NCBI GenBank assembly: GCA_947593585.1
Contig: CANQDP010000004.1
Location: 30,227 to 94,226 of the forward strand
Direction: 5' to 3'
DNA from: an uncultured Clostridia bacterium
Lineage (GTDB): Bacteria; Bacillota; Clostridia; Christensenellales; UBA1242
Length of the DNA: 64,000 bases
Part shown: piece after piece, positions 1-11,204 of the stretch
Layout of the letters: each line of letters opens with the position of its first letter
Numbering within the stretch: the first letter of the stretch is position 1
The notes under the pieces: model-generated
Told to the model about the DNA's origin: nothing
Databases searched by the model: none
The model's input: only the letters and a program-made list of their open reading frames with translations
Program-made: the position numbers and the translations under genes

Positions 1-361
1 TATCCGATTCGTTGGCGCTCCTAACATATTTTTTATATGCAGCCTCTTTTGCCTCATGAGTTTTTTGCCTTACGGTCTTTTCCAAAAAGGCTAAATATTC
101 TTCGCCAAAAAGTTCGTACATGTATTCAAGATAAATTTCTTGCATATCGCTGCAAATTGGGCTGTATGGCACACGATTACCGAGAAATATGTTGTAAGAT
201 TGGCTATAATCAATTTCATCGCAAGTTAATTCAACCCAAACAGAAGGATATTCGCCATTTACAATTTCATATTTATAATGTTTTTTGTCTTCTTTGTTGC
301 GGCTGGCAACACAGCGGTTAATAAATTCTTTTATTTGTTCATTAGTTAAAGTAAAATTCAC
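1..361 (-). CDS. Hypothetical protein, 5' part only (runs off window start)
   Basis: GTG at 361 with AAGGAG SD 5 nt upstream. Frame open to the edge (MNFTLTNEQIKEF...YLEYMYELFGEEYL...). TTGACA-16-TATAAT promoter at 412-385. Not in ORF track (no stop in window). Confidence 0.75.
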   Translation of the reverse strand, partial: MNFTLTNEQIKEFINRCVASRNKEDKKHYKYEIVNGEYPSVWVELTCDEIDYSQSYNIFLGNRVPYSPICSDMQEIYLEYMYELFGEEYLAFLEKTVRQKTHEAKEAAYKKYVRSANESD

Positions 362-503
362 AATTTCTCCTTTTTCATAGCTCAATTATACATCAAAAAT
401 TCGTTTTGTCAATAGACAATTAAATAAAACTTGCACTAGTTATGTTACAATTTAATTAAATCAATTAGATTTTTAAAATCGGTTTCTAATTCGGTTATTA
501 AGG

Positions 504-1562
504 TTAGTTTTTGCGTTTTTCATTTTTCTTCTCCATTTTTAGAGTGCGGATTGTGTTTAAAAAGTCGATATTCCAACTCACATAATCGTGCCCGCCTTTA
601 TAAATTGTTGTGTTTAAAGGTTTGATATATTCTGCCAAAATTTTTGTTTTGTTTTGAATTGGTTTAAAATCCGCATTTCCATAACTCAAACAAAAGTTGG
701 TCTTGGGCGCATTTTTCTCATAATAATCTAAAAATTTGTTGTTTTTAAACCAAAGAGAAGGGGAAGAGCAAACGATATTTCCAATAAAATCACTAAAATA
801 TTCGTCAATATAGAGTGCGGTCAATCCTCCAAAACTCTGCCCCCAAAAATAAAAGTTTTGTTTATCCGGCTTTGCAAGTTTATTGTTAATTAAATATGAT
901 GTTATTTCACGCGAAACAAATTCTGCAAAATCTTTAAAAGGCAATTCCTTGCTTCTATCTTGTTGCAAAACGAAGCAAACAATGAAGTTGTCTATTTCGT
1001 TGATTTGTTCTGCCAAATGTATGGAATAATGCCACACTCCGCCGTCAGTTACAATAAGGCATTTTTGCTGTTTCTTTTTATCATAGTTTTTAGGAAAGGC
1101 AATAATAATTTCATATTCTTTTTTCAAAATTTGGCTATAAATTTTGTGCGTTTCAGTTTTCAAACTAAAATTAGGGATGCTTAAAACGGGCAAGATATAG
1201 TTTTGCGAAAAATATATTTCACCATTTTCATCATAAAAGTTTAATTTGTTTTTAGCATATATGTCGTCAATAATATGGCTATCCCGTGCTTCTCCTTTTA
1301 AATCCTCACAATCTTTAAAAAAATAATAGCAAAGATTATTCACATAATCGCGCTTATATTCCAAAAACCAAACATCTTTTTTGATTTGTTTGAATTTGAG
1401 GCGGTTTGAGATTTCGAGCGAATGCACATCACCATTGGAAACAAATAGATGCTGAATTTTTAACTCGTCGCCATTTTTCTCCACATAAACGCTTCCACTT
1501 TGCTTTAAAATTTCCAAAATCTCGCTAATAGATTTTAATTTGAGTTCGTCAATGTTAAACAT
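504..1562 (-). CDS. Alpha/beta-hydrolase esterase, enterochelin esterase (Fes)-like
   Basis: Nucleophile elbow GQSFGG and C-terminal GGHD. ATG at 1562 overlaps the ung stop (TAATG coupling). Confidence 0.75.
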   Translation of the reverse strand: MFNIDELKLKSISEILEILKQSGSVYVEKNGDELKIQHLFVSNGDVHSLEISNRLKFKQIKKDVWFLEYKRDYVNNLCYYFFKDCEDLKGEARDSHIIDDIYAKNKLNFYDENGEIYFSQNYILPVLSIPNFSLKTETHKIYSQILKKEYEIIIAFPKNYDKKKQQKCLIVTDGGVWHYSIHLAEQINEIDNFIVCFVLQQDRSKELPFKDFAEFVSREITSYLINNKLAKPDKQNFYFWGQSFGGLTALYIDEYFSDFIGNIVCSSPSLWFKNNKFLDYYEKNAPKTNFCLSYGNADFKPIQNKTKILAEYIKPLNTTIYKGGHDYVSWNIDFLNTIRTLKMEKKNEKRKN

Positions 1563-2227
1563 TAAATTCTCCAATCAATCGCCGTTAGGTTGTGAGCGGT
1601 TAAAAAATAGTTACATTTACTAAAATGTTTGCAACCGAAAAATCCATTATAAGCCGAAAATGGGCTAGGGTGGGCGGATTGCAAAATTAGGTGATTAGGG
1701 TTATTGAGTAGCGGCAAAAAAGATTTTGCGTGATTGCCCCAAAGCATAAACACAATCGGCTGATTTAATTCGTTTAAAATTTTAACCACCTCAGTTGTGA
1801 AAGTGTGCCAAAGTTCGTTTGCGTGGCTGGCAGGTTGGTGCTCAATAACTGTCAAACTAGTGTTTAAAAGCAAAACGCCTTGCTTTGCCCAAGCAGTCAA
1901 ATCAGTGTTGCCACTCATCTCAATATGCAAATCGTCATTAATCTCTTTAAAGATGTTTTTAAGGCTGGGTTGAGGCGTGCCATTATGGCAACTAAACGCA
2001 AGCCCGTCTGCCTGCCCGCGAGTGTGATAAGGGTCTTGCCCAATGATTACAACTTTCACTTTGTCAATCGGCACAAGGTTGAGCGCGTTGAAAATTAATT
2101 GTTTGGGCGGGAAAACAACCTTGCTTGCATATTCGCCATTAAGCCAGCCAAACAATTTCCTTTTATAATCTTGCTCAAAACGGGAGGATAGTTTTTCACT
2201 CCAACTTTTTTCTAACACATAATCCAT
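1562..2227 (-). CDS. ung: Uracil-DNA glycosylase (family 1)
   Basis: GQDPYH, GVLLLN and HPSPFS motifs. Confidence 0.97.
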   Translation of the reverse strand: MDYVLEKSWSEKLSSRFEQDYKRKLFGWLNGEYASKVVFPPKQLIFNALNLVPIDKVKVVIIGQDPYHTRGQADGLAFSCHNGTPQPSLKNIFKEINDDLHIEMSGNTDLTAWAKQGVLLLNTSLTVIEHQPASHANELWHTFTTEVVKILNELNQPIVFMLWGNHAKSFLPLLNNPNHLILQSAHPSPFSAYNGFFGCKHFSKCNYFLTAHNLTAIDWRI

Positions 2228-2427
2228 AAAATAATTTTATCACAAAGCAAAATTTTTTGCAATAAGTTGGGCAAGGTTATGAGGCATTGCTAACACACAA
2301 ACTTAAAAAATAATCGAAAATGGAAAACATAAAAATTTTTTAAATTTATTGAAAAACAACAAATTTTTGCAAAAATTTCTTAAAATTAACCGCTATTTTT
2401 TAAATTTTTAAAAATTTTTTTAAAAGT

Positions 2428-3687
2428 TTAGCAGATTGTTTTCTTTAATTCTTCTAAAAATTTTTCTGCCATTTCTTTTTCTTGATGCTCCACCATAATG
2501 CGCAAAACGGGTTCAGTTCCGCTTGGGCGAACAATTATTCGTGCTCCCAAATTTTCAAACTCATTAATTTTTGTTTTGACACTTTCGGTCATTTCAAACT
2601 TGCCACCCAATTTCAAATTTGCGCTCGCCTGATAAAATTCAGCATAATCTAAAGTGAGTTGCTTTAAAGTTTTTTTGGTGGTGGATAGAATGTTGGTTAA
2701 CACAATCGCATTTAGCAATCCGTCCCCCGTGTTGGTGAATTGCTTTAAGATTATGTGCCCGGAGTTTTCGCCTCCCAAATTGGATGCGTTATTTTTCATC
2801 GCTTCATAAACCAACTTATCTCCAACCTGCGCCCGCTTTAAAATCACTCCGTTTTTTGCTAGCGCTTTTTCTAGCCCCGAATTTGTGTAAATCGTGCCAA
2901 CCAAAATGTCCCCACGCTTTTGGAAAAATTTAGATAGGATAAATAAAATTTTATCGCCATCAAAAATTTCGCCCGCCTCATCAACGGCTATTAGTCTATC
3001 CGCATCGCCATCAAATGCAAATCCAATTTTATGCTCGCGAGAGCAAATCGAGCGCAAAAATTCTATGTGAGTGCAGCCGGCATTTAGGTTGATATTTTTG
3101 CCGTCATGTCGCTGGTTGATGATTTTATTTGTGGGGAAAACGAATTTTGCAATTTCGCTCGCTCCACCAAAAGCACAGTCGATAACGCACGGCAGATTGC
3201 TCTTTTTTATTGACTTTAAAAATTTTATATATTCCGCTTTTAAGTTTTCTTTGTTTTTAGCGGTGGCATAGTTGATTTTAAATGAAAATTTTTTATCCAT
3301 AAACCGCTCAATCTCTTGCTCAACTTGCTCACTTATTTTTTCTCCCAATTCATTGAAAAATTTTATCCCATTATATTCATGCGGGTTGTGAGATGCGCTT
3401 ATCATCATAGATAACGGATAACCGAACTTGTGCGTTAAATATGCAAGAGCAGGGCTGGTGCAAACACCAATGTTGTGCACCTCAATTCCGTGCTTTAAGA
3501 GTGTGGATTGCATTATAGATAAAATCCAATCGCTAGAAATTCTGCTGTCGTTGCCCACCAAAAGCACTCGCTTTAATTTGTGAGTGTCATAAAATTTCAC
3601 CAACGCCTTGCCAACCTTATTTATTAAATGTTGGGTGAAAGTTTTCCCAGCAATCCCCCTTATTCCGTCCGTTCCAAAATATTTCAT
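2428..3687 (-). CDS. glmM: Phosphoglucosamine mutase
   Basis: MKYFGTDGIRG start, SASHNP phosphoserine loop, FDGDADR, GGENSGH, RPSGTEP. Start moved to 3687. Confidence 0.9.
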   Translation of the reverse strand: MKYFGTDGIRGIAGKTFTQHLINKVGKALVKFYDTHKLKRVLLVGNDSRISSDWILSIMQSTLLKHGIEVHNIGVCTSPALAYLTHKFGYPLSMMISASHNPHEYNGIKFFNELGEKISEQVEQEIERFMDKKFSFKINYATAKNKENLKAEYIKFLKSIKKSNLPCVIDCAFGGASEIAKFVFPTNKIINQRHDGKNINLNAGCTHIEFLRSICSREHKIGFAFDGDADRLIAVDEAGEIFDGDKILFILSKFFQKRGDILVGTIYTNSGLEKALAKNGVILKRAQVGDKLVYEAMKNNASNLGGENSGHIILKQFTNTGDGLLNAIVLTNILSTTKKTLKQLTLDYAEFYQASANLKLGGKFEMTESVKTKINEFENLGARIIVRPSGTEPVLRIMVEHQEKEMAEKFLEELKKTIC

Positions 3688-3868
3688 AAAATTAAATATG
3701 AAAAAATCAAAAAGTTTGTTATCTTCGCCCATCTATTCATCGGGTTTTGCCATTGCGCTTTATTTTTACTTCTCAATTTATTAAAAATAGGTGCAATGAG
3801 CCAAAAAATTGCAAAAATTTTGAAAATAATCAGTTGCATTTTTTTTTGCTTTGATATACAATGAAATT

Positions 3869-4675
3869 ATGAAATCTTATAGCATTCCGCCGTCAGGTTT
3901 TACTATCTTTGGCTTTGAAATCGCATTTTATGGTGTGATAATTTCTTTTGCCATGCTTTTGGGCATAATAATTGCATGTGTGCTAGCAAAAAGGCGGGGC
4001 ATAAAGAGTGATGACATCATTCTTCTGGCAATTATATGTCTGCCACTTGCCATTATCGGTGCGCGATTATATTATTTCATATTCTATGGCGTTTCCTTTA
4101 AAGAGTTCTTCAATTTTAAAGATGGCGGGCTTGCCATTTTGGGCGGGGTGATTGGTGGCATAGTTGGTGTGTTAATCTTCTGTGCAATTAAGCGAAACTT
4201 TAAGATTTTGATAGACATTTTCGATATTTGCGTGCCTGCGCTAATATTGGGGCAGGCAATAGGCAGAGTGGGTTGCTTTTTCTCACAATGCTGCTATGGC
4301 AGTGTGGTTACAAATCCAGACCTGCAATGGTTTCCTTTTGCTATGAAGGTGGAAACTTATGTTGGCTCGGGGGTTTACACTTGGCGTTTGGCCACAAATT
4401 TATATGAAAGCCTATGGAATTTGGTTGGCTTTGCGCTAATCTTAATCGTCTTTTTAAAGTGTAAGCAAAAAGTTATCCCAACTGCCACATATCTTGTTTG
4501 GTATGGGCTCGGTCGGGCAATAATAGAAGGTATAAGGGGCGATAGCCTGTTTATAGGCAATTCAAATGTTCGTGTTTCGCAAATGGTGAGCATCTTAATG
4601 CTAATCATAGGCGCATCAATCTTGATTTATAAATTGATAAGGTCGATTTTAAAAAGAAAACAAAAAAATAGTTAA
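3869..4675 (+). CDS. lgt: Prolipoprotein diacylglyceryl transferase
   Basis: FYG, IGARLYY, LGQAIGRVGCF, LYES and RxxIExIRGD motifs. Start at 3869, 6 nt after TACAAT. Confidence 0.95.
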   Translation: MKSYSIPPSGFTIFGFEIAFYGVIISFAMLLGIIIACVLAKRRGIKSDDIILLAIICLPLAIIGARLYYFIFYGVSFKEFFNFKDGGLAILGGVIGGIVGVLIFCAIKRNFKILIDIFDICVPALILGQAIGRVGCFFSQCCYGSVVTNPDLQWFPFAMKVETYVGSGVYTWRLATNLYESLWNLVGFALILIVFLKCKQKVIPTATYLVWYGLGRAIIEGIRGDSLFIGNSNVRVSQMVSILMLIIGASILIYKLIRSILKRKQKNS

Positions 4676-4687
4676 AAGGAGCAAGCC

Positions 4688-5185
4688 TTGGGCAAAAAAT
4701 CTAAAATCTTATATTATTCAGTGTTGATTGTGAATGTTGTGTGCTTCATTCTAGATTTGTTGCCTATCAATTTTCCTTTTTTCCGCATTAGTTTTGCCGT
4801 GTCGCTCATGCTTATTGGCATTTTGTTAATTGTTCGTGCTTTTTCGCTAAAACTAGACAGTTCTATGTTTATAGGCATAGTCCTTCTGCTTTGCGGAATT
4901 TTAAATTTTGTGCTATACTTTGGTCAAACAAAGGGTGGTTGGCAAGTTTCACAATTTTGGCCATACTATTTGTTTGCAGTGGCGGCAGCGAGCCTATTCA
5001 CAGGGCTATACTTTAAAGATAAGTTTCAATTAAAATTATTTTTCTTGTTTTTAGGCTTTGGGCTTATCACCTTGCTGTTTGTGCAAAAGATTATTAATCT
5101 TTGGTGGATGATTGGCTTGCTCGTTGGCTGGTTTATTTTATACTTTGTGTTTAACATAATTAAAGGGAGAAAGAAAAATGGATAA
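4688..5185 (+). CDS. Multi-pass membrane protein, unknown function
   Basis: About 6 hydrophobic segments, AAGGAG SD before TTG, in operon with lgt. Confidence 0.75.
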   Translation: MGKKSKILYYSVLIVNVVCFILDLLPINFPFFRISFAVSLMLIGILLIVRAFSLKLDSSMFIGIVLLLCGILNFVLYFGQTKGGWQVSQFWPYYLFAVAAASLFTGLYFKDKFQLKLFFLFLGFGLITLLFVQKIINLWWMIGLLVGWFILYFVFNIIKGRKKNG

Positions 5186-5786
5186 GAATGTAGATAACAA
5201 CGCAAAAATCGCCGAGTTGCAGGCCACCATTGCCGAGCAACGCGCCACAATTTCACGCCTGCGCGCGATTGTGGAAGATTATAAAAATAAAGAGCAGTCA
5301 ATTTCTAGCGCAATTATTGCCAGCATGGAGCACGCAAATCAACTTGAAGCCAGCCGCAAAAAACTTTATCTTTTGGATATTCAGCGCAGCAGGTTGATGT
5401 ATCTAAGAATGGAGCAAATTATCAACGAACTTTATTTGCGCTATCCAGAGCTTAAAAATGACGCCAAATTAAAAGACATGAGCGAAAAATTTAAAACACT
5501 CGTTTATAGCAATCTTAACGCCAACCCAAAAGAGCCGGCGGTGGACATGAAAAAGCAAGTTGTGGTTGACGACCCAATCAAAAAACTTCTTCACAACATT
5601 ATCAACTGCTTTGATAGCAAATCAGTGGGCGGAGATGTTAAGCGTGGCGGCCCAACGGACGATTTGTTAAACAATGTCTCGTCAAGTGGCTTTGATTTCA
5701 ACGAGGCGCTTCATCCAAACATGGAATTGGAAGAAATTTTAAAAGTGTTCAATCTTGGTGGAAATAGTGGAGCAGGCAACAAGTAA
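5178..5786 (+). CDS. Coiled-coil hypothetical protein
   Basis: Heptad-rich N-terminus, overlaps upstream gene, terminator follows. Confidence 0.75.
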   Translation: MDKNVDNNAKIAELQATIAEQRATISRLRAIVEDYKNKEQSISSAIIASMEHANQLEASRKKLYLLDIQRSRLMYLRMEQIINELYLRYPELKNDAKLKDMSEKFKTLVYSNLNANPKEPAVDMKKQVVVDDPIKKLLHNIINCFDSKSVGGDVKRGGPTDDLLNNVSSSGFDFNEALHPNMELEEILKVFNLGGNSGAGNK

Positions 5787-5794
5787 GCAACAAT

Positions 5795-5814
5795 AAAGGC
5801 GGCAAGCCTTTTTT
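5795..5814 (+). terminator. Intrinsic terminator
   Basis: AAAGGC-GGCAA-GCCTTT followed by T run. Confidence 0.7.
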
Positions 5815-5904
5815 GTTTGGAAAGCGTCAAAGCAATAAAACTTTTTAAAAAATAAAAAAAATAATTGACAAACAATTTGTTTGGTGATAAAATAAATTTA
5901 TCTT

Positions 5905-6130
5905 TAAAGCGTTGACGGAAAGAGTAGCATGGGAAATGGCTCAAAGTGAAATAAGGATAGTGAGAACTTATTAGCGCAGCCCTTGTGAAAGACGCTCCTG
6001 AGCTTTATGGTTTGCCCTCCAATAAGGGCGCAAAATTAAGTGGCTGAAAAGCAAATTAGGTGGCACCGCGGGTTTTATATAATTCGTCCTAATGATTAAG
6101 CATTTTGCTTATCATGGGGCGATTTTTTGT
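5905..6130 (+). promoter_or_regulatory. T-box riboswitch, Asp specifier
   Basis: T-box AATTAGGTGGCACCGCG at 6054-6070. Stem I AGTA...GAA with specifier GAC at 5991-5993. Terminator hairpin ATGATTAAGC/GCTTATCAT plus T run. Upstream TTGACA...TAAAAT promoter. Confidence 0.92.
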
Positions 6131-6166
6131 TGCCTAGCAATTTGCGAGAATAAAAAGGGAGAAAAT

Positions 6167-7903
6167 ATGAGCATTTCAGTGAACAAATATAGGTCGGTTG
6201 ATTGTGGCAGTTTGCGTTTAACCGACGCCGGCAAAAAAGAAACTCTCGCCGGTTTTGTGGACACAATTAGGAAATTAGGAGGCATCACATTCGTTGTGCT
6301 GAGAGATTTCTATGGCAAAACTCAGGTCATTTTGCCTGAAAATCTTTCAATAGAATTAAATAAAGAAGATGTTATTTCGGTAAGCGGACTAGTGCGTGAG
6401 CGTTCAAGCAAAAACCCAAATATGCCCACGGGTGATATTGAGTTGGTGGCGGAAAAAATTGAGATTTTGGGCAAGTGCGAAAATGTGCTTCCTTTTGAAA
6501 TCAAATCTAGCCAAGATGTCAATGAAGATTTGCGCTTAAAATATCGCTATCTAGATTTGCGTGCGGACTATAATAAAAATATGTTGCAACTGCGCAGCGA
6601 CTTAATGCTCTATGTCCGCAACTTTATGAATAAACTCGGCTTTTTGGAGGTGCAAACTCCAATTTTAACTGCGTCTAGCCCAGAGGGTGCACGAGATTTC
6701 CTTGTGCCTTCGCGTTTAAATCCGGGCAAGTTTTATGCGCTTCCGCAAGCACCTCAGCAGTTTAAGCAACTTTTAATGACTAGCGGTGTGGATAAATATT
6801 TCCAAATTGCCCCTTGTTTTAGAGATGAAGATGCGCGTGCCGATAGGTCGCCAACCGAGTTTTATCAAATAGATATGGAAATGGCTTTTGCCACGCAAGA
6901 AGATGTGTTTAAGGTCATTGAAGATTTATATGCTGGCATATTTGAGAAGTTTGCCGGCAAGCGTCCAAAAACGCCTTTTGCTCGATTGACTTATGAAGAG
7001 GCTATTCGAGATTATTGCAGCGATAAGCCAGACCTTAGAAATCCGCTCAAAGTTTATGACGCCACAGAAATCTTTAAAGATAGTGCTTTTAATGCTTTTA
7101 GGGGCAATGTGATTAAAGCAATCAAGGCAAATTGCGGTGAGAAGGGCAGAAAGTTTTATGACGCCCTGACCGAGTTTTTAAAGGGCAGAGAGGCAAAAGG
7201 CCTTGCTTATGTGCATGTGAATGAAAACTTAGAGTTTGAAACGGGCATTAGCAAATTTATCACACCTGAAGAAAAACAAAAGTTGAATAACCTATTGCAC
7301 TTTGAGAAAAACGACACGATTTTCTTTGTGGCAGATAGCAAAGATAAGGTCATAAAATTTGCCGATGTGTTAAGGCAAGAGTTGGGCAAACGCCTAGAAT
7401 TAATTGATAATGATGCTTATAACTTTGTTTGGATTGTCGATTTCCCTTTCTACGAACTTGACGATGAAGGCAACATCGCTTTCTCTCACAATCCATTTAG
7501 TTTGCCTCAGGCAGATATAGAGGAGGTTAAGCGCAATCCACTTCAAGCCAAGGCTTATCAATATGATTTGGTCATAAATGGATATGAAAGTTTGTCTGGT
7601 GCGGTGCGCAATCATAGGCCAGACTATATGGTGGAGTTGTTTAAACTCGCCGGCTATGATAAATCGGTGGTGGAAAACAAATTCCCAGCGCTCTATAACG
7701 CATTCTCTTATGGTGCGCCACCTCATTGCGGTGCGGGTGCGGGTTTTGATAGACTTATGATGCTTCTAACTCACAATGAGTTTATTCGCGATGTAATTGC
7801 CTTCCCAATGAATAAAAATGGTTGCGACCCACTCACAAACGCACCAAACACGGTTGACGAAAAACTCTTAAAAGATGTCCATATTAAATTAATTAAAGAA
7901 TAA
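6167..7903 (+). CDS. aspS: Aspartate--tRNA ligase
   Basis: [46 protein letters not shown] before ATG 6167. Confidence 0.97.
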   Translation: MSISVNKYRSVDCGSLRLTDAGKKETLAGFVDTIRKLGGITFVVLRDFYGKTQVILPENLSIELNKEDVISVSGLVRERSSKNPNMPTGDIELVAEKIEILGKCENVLPFEIKSSQDVNEDLRLKYRYLDLRADYNKNMLQLRSDLMLYVRNFMNKLGFLEVQTPILTASSPEGARDFLVPSRLNPGKFYALPQAPQQFKQLLMTSGVDKYFQIAPCFRDEDARADRSPTEFYQIDMEMAFATQEDVFKVIEDLYAGIFEKFAGKRPKTPFARLTYEEAIRDYCSDKPDLRNPLKVYDATEIFKDSAFNAFRGNVIKAIKANCGEKGRKFYDALTEFLKGREAKGLAYVHVNENLEFETGISKFITPEEKQKLNNLLHFEKNDTIFFVADSKDKVIKFADVLRQELGKRLELIDNDAYNFVWIVDFPFYELDDEGNIAFSHNPFSLPQADIEEVKRNPLQAKAYQYDLVINGYESLSGAVRNHRPDYMVELFKLAGYDKSVVENKFPALYNAFSYGAPPHCGAGAGFDRLMMLLTHNEFIRDVIAFPMNKNGCDPLTNAPNTVDEKLLKDVHIKLIKE

Positions 7904-7913
7904 AGGAGAGATT

Positions 7914-9299
7914 ATGAAACGCATTGAAATTAAAGATTTGCAAAAGAAATTTAAAGATTATGCAAACAAAAAAATCACTGTCTGCGGCTGGGCGCGCACG
8001 ATTAGAGATAGCAAAAACATTGCCTTTGTTGAGTTGAATGACGGTGCATTTAAAAGCGTGCAAATCGTTGTGGAGAAAGAAAAACTTAAAAATTATGATG
8101 AAGTTGTTAAGCAAAATGTGGGCGCATCTTTTTGCGTTGAGGGCGTCTTGCTCCTAACTCCAAATGCGCAGCAACCATTTGAAATAAACGCCACAAAGGT
8201 GGAAGTGTTGGGCGAGAGTGCCACCGATTATCCGCTTCAAAAAAAGCGCCACACGGTTGAATTTTTGCGCACAATCCCCACAATTAGAGCGCGCGGCAAT
8301 TTGTTTAACGCCGTGTTTAGAATTCGCTCGGTTTCCGCTTTTGCAATTCACAAATTTTTCAACGAGCGCAATTTTGTGTATGTCCACACGCCAATTATCA
8401 CTTCTAACGACTGCGAAGGAGCAGGCGATATGTTTCAAGTCACCACACTTGATTTAGACAAGGTGGCGAAGTCAGGCAAAGTGGATTATTCAAAAGATTT
8501 CTTTGGCAAAAAGGTGTCGCTCACAGTGTCCGGCCAACTGCATGAAGAAACAATCACCCACGCTTTTGGCAAAACTTACACCTTTGGTCCAACTTTTAGA
8601 GCGGAAAACTCAAACACCACTCGCCACGCTGCAGAATTCTGGATGATGGAGCCAGAAATCTGTTTTTGCGACCTAAACGAACTTATGGATAACGAAGAAG
8701 AGATGGTTAAATATGTTATCAACTATGTGATGAAAGAATGCCCAGACGAATTAGAATTTTTAAATAAGTTCGTGGACACAGGCCTAATCGCCCGCCTAAA
8801 AAACATTGTGGAAAATGATTTTGTCCGCCTAGATTACACAGATGCAATAAAGCAACTTGAAAAAGTTAAGGATAGGTTCACATTCCCTGTTAAATGGGGC
8901 GTGGATTTGCAAAGCGAACATGAAAGATATTTAACCGAAGAGGTTTATAAAAAGCCTGTGTTCTTAAAGAATTATCCAAAAGAGATAAAGGCCTTCTATA
9001 TGCGCCAAAATGATGATGGCAAAACGGTGGCGGCTGTTGACCTGCTCGTGCCGGGCATTGGCGAATTGATTGGAGGCAGTCAGCGTGAGGAGAGGTTAGA
9101 TAAATTATTAAATAGAATTCACGAGTTAGGGCTTAAAGAGGAAGATTATCAGTGGTATCTGGACACTCGCCGCTATGGCACAAATGTGCACTCTGGCTAT
9201 GGCTTGGGCTTTGAGCGTATGGTTATGTATCTCACAGGCATTAGCAACATTCGTGATGTGGAATTCTTCCCTCGCACGGTTGGCTCAATTCAAGGCTAA
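7914..9299 (+). CDS. asnS: Asparagine--tRNA ligase
   Basis: [38 protein letters not shown]. Confidence 0.97.
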   Translation: MKRIEIKDLQKKFKDYANKKITVCGWARTIRDSKNIAFVELNDGAFKSVQIVVEKEKLKNYDEVVKQNVGASFCVEGVLLLTPNAQQPFEINATKVEVLGESATDYPLQKKRHTVEFLRTIPTIRARGNLFNAVFRIRSVSAFAIHKFFNERNFVYVHTPIITSNDCEGAGDMFQVTTLDLDKVAKSGKVDYSKDFFGKKVSLTVSGQLHEETITHAFGKTYTFGPTFRAENSNTTRHAAEFWMMEPEICFCDLNELMDNEEEMVKYVINYVMKECPDELEFLNKFVDTGLIARLKNIVENDFVRLDYTDAIKQLEKVKDRFTFPVKWGVDLQSEHERYLTEEVYKKPVFLKNYPKEIKAFYMRQNDDGKTVAAVDLLVPGIGELIGGSQREERLDKLLNRIHELGLKEEDYQWYLDTRRYGTNVHSGYGLGFERMVMYLTGISNIRDVEFFPRTVGSIQG

Positions 9300-9303
9300 A
9301 AAG

Positions 9304-9327
9304 AAGATGCGTTCAGCATCTTTTTTT
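9304..9327 (+). terminator. Intrinsic terminator
   Basis: AAGATGC-GTTCA-GCATCTT plus T run. Confidence 0.8.
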
Positions 9328-9355
9328 GTTTCAAACAAACAGATTTCATTAAAAA

Positions 9356-9385
9356 GTCATATTTGTTCGCTCGCAATCATAAGTT
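9356..9385 (+). promoter_or_regulatory. SigmaE-type sporulation promoter of spoIVA
   Basis: GTCATATT-14 nt-CATAAGTT matches the sigmaE consensus. spoIVA is an established sigmaE target. Confidence 0.75.
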
Positions 9386-9404
9386 AGGTTAGATTGGAGG
9401 AGAA

Positions 9405-10883
9405 ATGGAAAAGAATTCTAGCATCTATCTTGACATTGCAAAGCGAACAAATGGAGATGTTTATATCGGTGTTGTCGGCCCGGTGAGGTGCGGCAAATCC
9501 ACTTTTATTCAAAAGTTTATTCAAAATTTTGTGCTAGGCAACATCACAAATAAGCACGACCGCGAGCGTGCGAATGATGAACTTCCGCAAGCGAGTGAGG
9601 GCGCAATGGTGATGACCACAAAGCCTCAGTTTGTGCCGGCTGAGGCAGTGCGCGTGAAAATTGGCAACGCAAATATGTCTGTTCGCCTAATTGATTGTGT
9701 TGGTTTTATGGTGGACGGTGCAACGGGTGCGGACGAAAACGGAAAGCCTCGCTTGGTCAAAACCCCATGGAATGAAGAGCCAATTCCGTTTGCACAAGCG
9801 GCAGTTATCGGCACGGAAAAGGTGATAAATGAGCATTCCACAATAGCCCTAGCAATCACCACAGATGGCAGTTTCACAAACATTCCGCGCAAAAATTATG
9901 TGGAAGCAGAAAGGCGCACTGTCAAGCAGTTGAAAGAAACAGGCAAACCATTCGCGATAGTTTTAAACACCGCAAACCCAACTGACGAAAAAACGCTTTC
10001 GCTTGCACAAGATTTATGTGAAGAATATGCTTCACCTGTTATCCCTGTGAATGTAAATGAATTGAAAAAGGAAGATGTGGATAAAATCATGGCAGAAATT
10101 TTAAAAGAATTTCCACTTGAAGTGGTAAACATAAAAATGCCAAGGTGGTTAAAACCGCTAGATGTTTCGCACCCAATCATAAAGGAAATTTTAGATTCTG
10201 TTTCGAGTGCGATAGATGAAGTTTCTAAGATAGGCGATTATAATTCAAACAAAATTCTCTTTGAAAATAGCGAAAACTTTGAGCCAATTTTAAATAGCAG
10301 CATAGAGATGGGCACAGGCGAAGTAACTTTCGACATAGTGGCAAAAGAAGGTTTGTTTTATAAAGTGCTTTCTGGTGAGTGCGGAATGGAAATCAAAGAC
10401 GATTTCGAGCTCGTTAATTGCCTTAAAAACTTAACTAGTGCAAAAGCCAAGTATGATAAAATTTCTCAGGCGCTAGACCAAGTGAACGAAACTGGCTACG
10501 GCATTGTGATTCCAACCATTGATGAAATGGAATTAAAAGAGCCCGAAATTGTGCGCTCTGCAGGCAAGTGTGGCATAAAACTTAAAGCGAGTGCACCTAG
10601 TTTGCACATAATGAAAGTGGATGTGGAAACGGAAGTTAGCCCAATCATGGGAGGCTATGAGCAGAGCGAAGATTTAATCAAATATTTAATGCAAGAGTTT
10701 GAAAATAATCCTCAAGGAATATACAAAACGAATATGTTTGGCAAATCACTTGAAAGTTTGGTAAACGAAGGTTTGAATAGCAAACTAACTTCAATGCCTG
10801 TTAATCTTCAAAACAAATTAAGAAAAACTCTTTCTCGAATTGTAAATGAAGGCAAGGGCGGAATACTTTGCATTTTGCTCTAA
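9405..10883 (+). CDS. spoIVA: Stage IV sporulation protein A
   Basis: IGVVGPVRCGKSTFI, DELPQ, TTDGS and C-terminal NEGKGGILCILL. 492 aa. Confidence 0.97.
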   Translation: MEKNSSIYLDIAKRTNGDVYIGVVGPVRCGKSTFIQKFIQNFVLGNITNKHDRERANDELPQASEGAMVMTTKPQFVPAEAVRVKIGNANMSVRLIDCVGFMVDGATGADENGKPRLVKTPWNEEPIPFAQAAVIGTEKVINEHSTIALAITTDGSFTNIPRKNYVEAERRTVKQLKETGKPFAIVLNTANPTDEKTLSLAQDLCEEYASPVIPVNVNELKKEDVDKIMAEILKEFPLEVVNIKMPRWLKPLDVSHPIIKEILDSVSSAIDEVSKIGDYNSNKILFENSENFEPILNSSIEMGTGEVTFDIVAKEGLFYKVLSGECGMEIKDDFELVNCLKNLTSAKAKYDKISQALDQVNETGYGIVIPTIDEMELKEPEIVRSAGKCGIKLKASAPSLHIMKVDVETEVSPIMGGYEQSEDLIKYLMQEFENNPQGIYKTNMFGKSLESLVNEGLNSKLTSMPVNLQNKLRKTLSRIVNEGKGGILCILL

Positions 10884-10919
10884 AATTAATTATGTTGATT
10901 GCTCAACAAAACAATTTTT

Positions 10920-10945
10920 GGTAGCCTCAAAAGGGCTGCCTTTTT
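10920..10945 (+). terminator. Intrinsic terminator
   Basis: GGTAGCCT-CAAA-AGGGCTGCC plus T run. Confidence 0.7.
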
Positions 10946-11204
10946 CAAAATTGCCTATAATATAGTGCAATGTGGCGCATTTTGTTTTTTGGATGAACGC
11001 AGTTTATAAAAAATGTTTTTTGCTTTTTTAAAAATTTTCGTTTCATTTTTTTATTAGAAAAATCAAAAAAAGTTTATCATTTTCACTCAAAAATTTAATC
11101 AAAAAAAATTTTTTAAAAAATTTTAAAAAAATTGTTAAAATCGTTTGTATTTTTTTAAACAAGGTGATACAATGTTTTTAGTTACTAACAAAGGGGGAGT
11201 GAAT

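Noticed and set aside
10980-11140. A/T-tract quasi-palindromes (also 2330-2425, 41420-41500, 57095-57190, 60795-60880) as a repeat family
   Set aside because: Low-complexity intergenic composition or UP elements, with no defined unit or boundaries.
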